DNA of 64,000 bases from Hydrolagus colliei (lineage: Eukaryota): NCBI GenBank assembly GCA_035084275.1, contig CM068757.1:9548001-9612000 (forward strand), given 5' to 3'. Each line of letters starts with the position of its first letter. Within the stretch, counting starts at the first letter, position 1. Made by a program: the position numbers and the translations under genes. Of the stretch, positions 63,162-64,000 are shown one piece after another. Below the pieces are notes generated by a model. The model worked only from the letters and a program-made list of their open reading frames with translations. It did no database searches and was not told where the DNA came from.

Positions 63162-63768
63162 CCGTATATCTCCGCGTATAAGGCGCACCCGCGTATAAGG
63201 CGCACCCCCCGTTTTTGACCTTTTCTTGGTGAAAAAAAACGGAAGCATTTTCAATGATATTGCCGGCAGAAGGGAGGAGAGACAGGTAGGTAGGGAGAGA
63301 CGCAGGCAGGCAGGGAGGGAGGGAGGGAGGGAGAACGGCAGGCCAGCAGCCCGGGAGAGAGAGAGTGAGAGAGGCAGGCCGGCAGCCCGGGAGAGAGAGA
63401 GGGAGAACGGCAGGTCGGCAGCCCGGGAGAGAGAGACGGAGAGCGGCAGGCAGGCACGCAGGCAGGGAGGGAGGGAGAGAGTGGCAGGGATGGAGAGAGG
63501 CAGACTGGGTTCGGCAGAAGGTAAGCACAGCACTGAAGTCCGCTGCTGCTGCCGCTGCCCGGGCGGCCGAGGCCGAAGCCCCGTCACCCGCTCCTCCCAA
63601 CCCCCGCCGGACACTGACCAAACCCCGGCTGACAGCGCGCCAGCCGCCCCTCCTGTTTACTGTATCTCCGAGGCTCAAAATTGCTTGTACCTGTGTATAG
63701 GGCGCACCCCCAACTTTCGAGATCTTCCGACCTGAAAAAAATTGCGCCTTATACGCGGAGATATACGA
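63162..63768. mobile_element. Same MITE family as 56126-56768, opposite orientation, specific to gene B
   Basis: TA TSD and both TIRs present; empty site ctaatgatatagtttaac in gene A units (about 10000, 13045, 16175). Confidence 0.85.
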
Positions 63769-64000
63769 TAGTTTAACATCACTCTACACCTCCAGCCTGG
63801 TGCCCTCTGCCATGATGTGCAGGCTTTTCACTTGTTTCTGTGGATTTTGTTTCTACTTTGTGTCTGACACAGACATAGACTAGAAATGTGGCTGTCTACA
63901 GCACACAGGTGTATCCCACAAATATTCTCGGATTGAGTGACCAGATTATTATATTTGTTGAGCTGTTATGTCCTGCAGAGAGTGATTGGCCAATCCACGA

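Larger units (their letters stand above)
48910..64000 (+). repeat. Segmental duplication, copy B
   Basis: Collinear with 1-13283 apart from copy-specific indels and insertions. Confidence 0.9.

Overview
Eukaryotic genomic DNA with spliceosomal GT-AG introns and no prokaryotic features. It is vertebrate and probably a cartilaginous fish; that is an inference from the L2/CR1 LINE and tRNA-SINE landscape and from the Ig sequences. The window holds two tandem + strand paralogs (period about 49-50 kb) of a B7-H6/NCR3LG1-like Ig-superfamily gene. Gene B (38623 to beyond 62504, 3' end outside the window) reads leader - IgV - IgC1+TM, followed by at least 7 further C1-derived domain exons AFTER the transmembrane helix. 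Gene A (5' part upstream of the window) contributes 8 such exons between 500 and 18784, including a 3.1-3.3 kb tandem triplication of one exon. All these exons are phase 1-1 and open. Every post-TM domain has lost the canonical B-F Ig disulfide, while the V and C1 domains before the TM keep it. The best reading is a type I receptor with an expanding, fast-evolving cytoplasmic array of disulfide-less Ig domains. Between the genes lie two extra leader-exon copies, an orphan canonical C1 exon ending in a stop, LINE fragments and a hAT element with a 5-bp TSD. Exon boundaries and substitution counts were made by eye. Family assignments rest on recalled motifs, not database searches.
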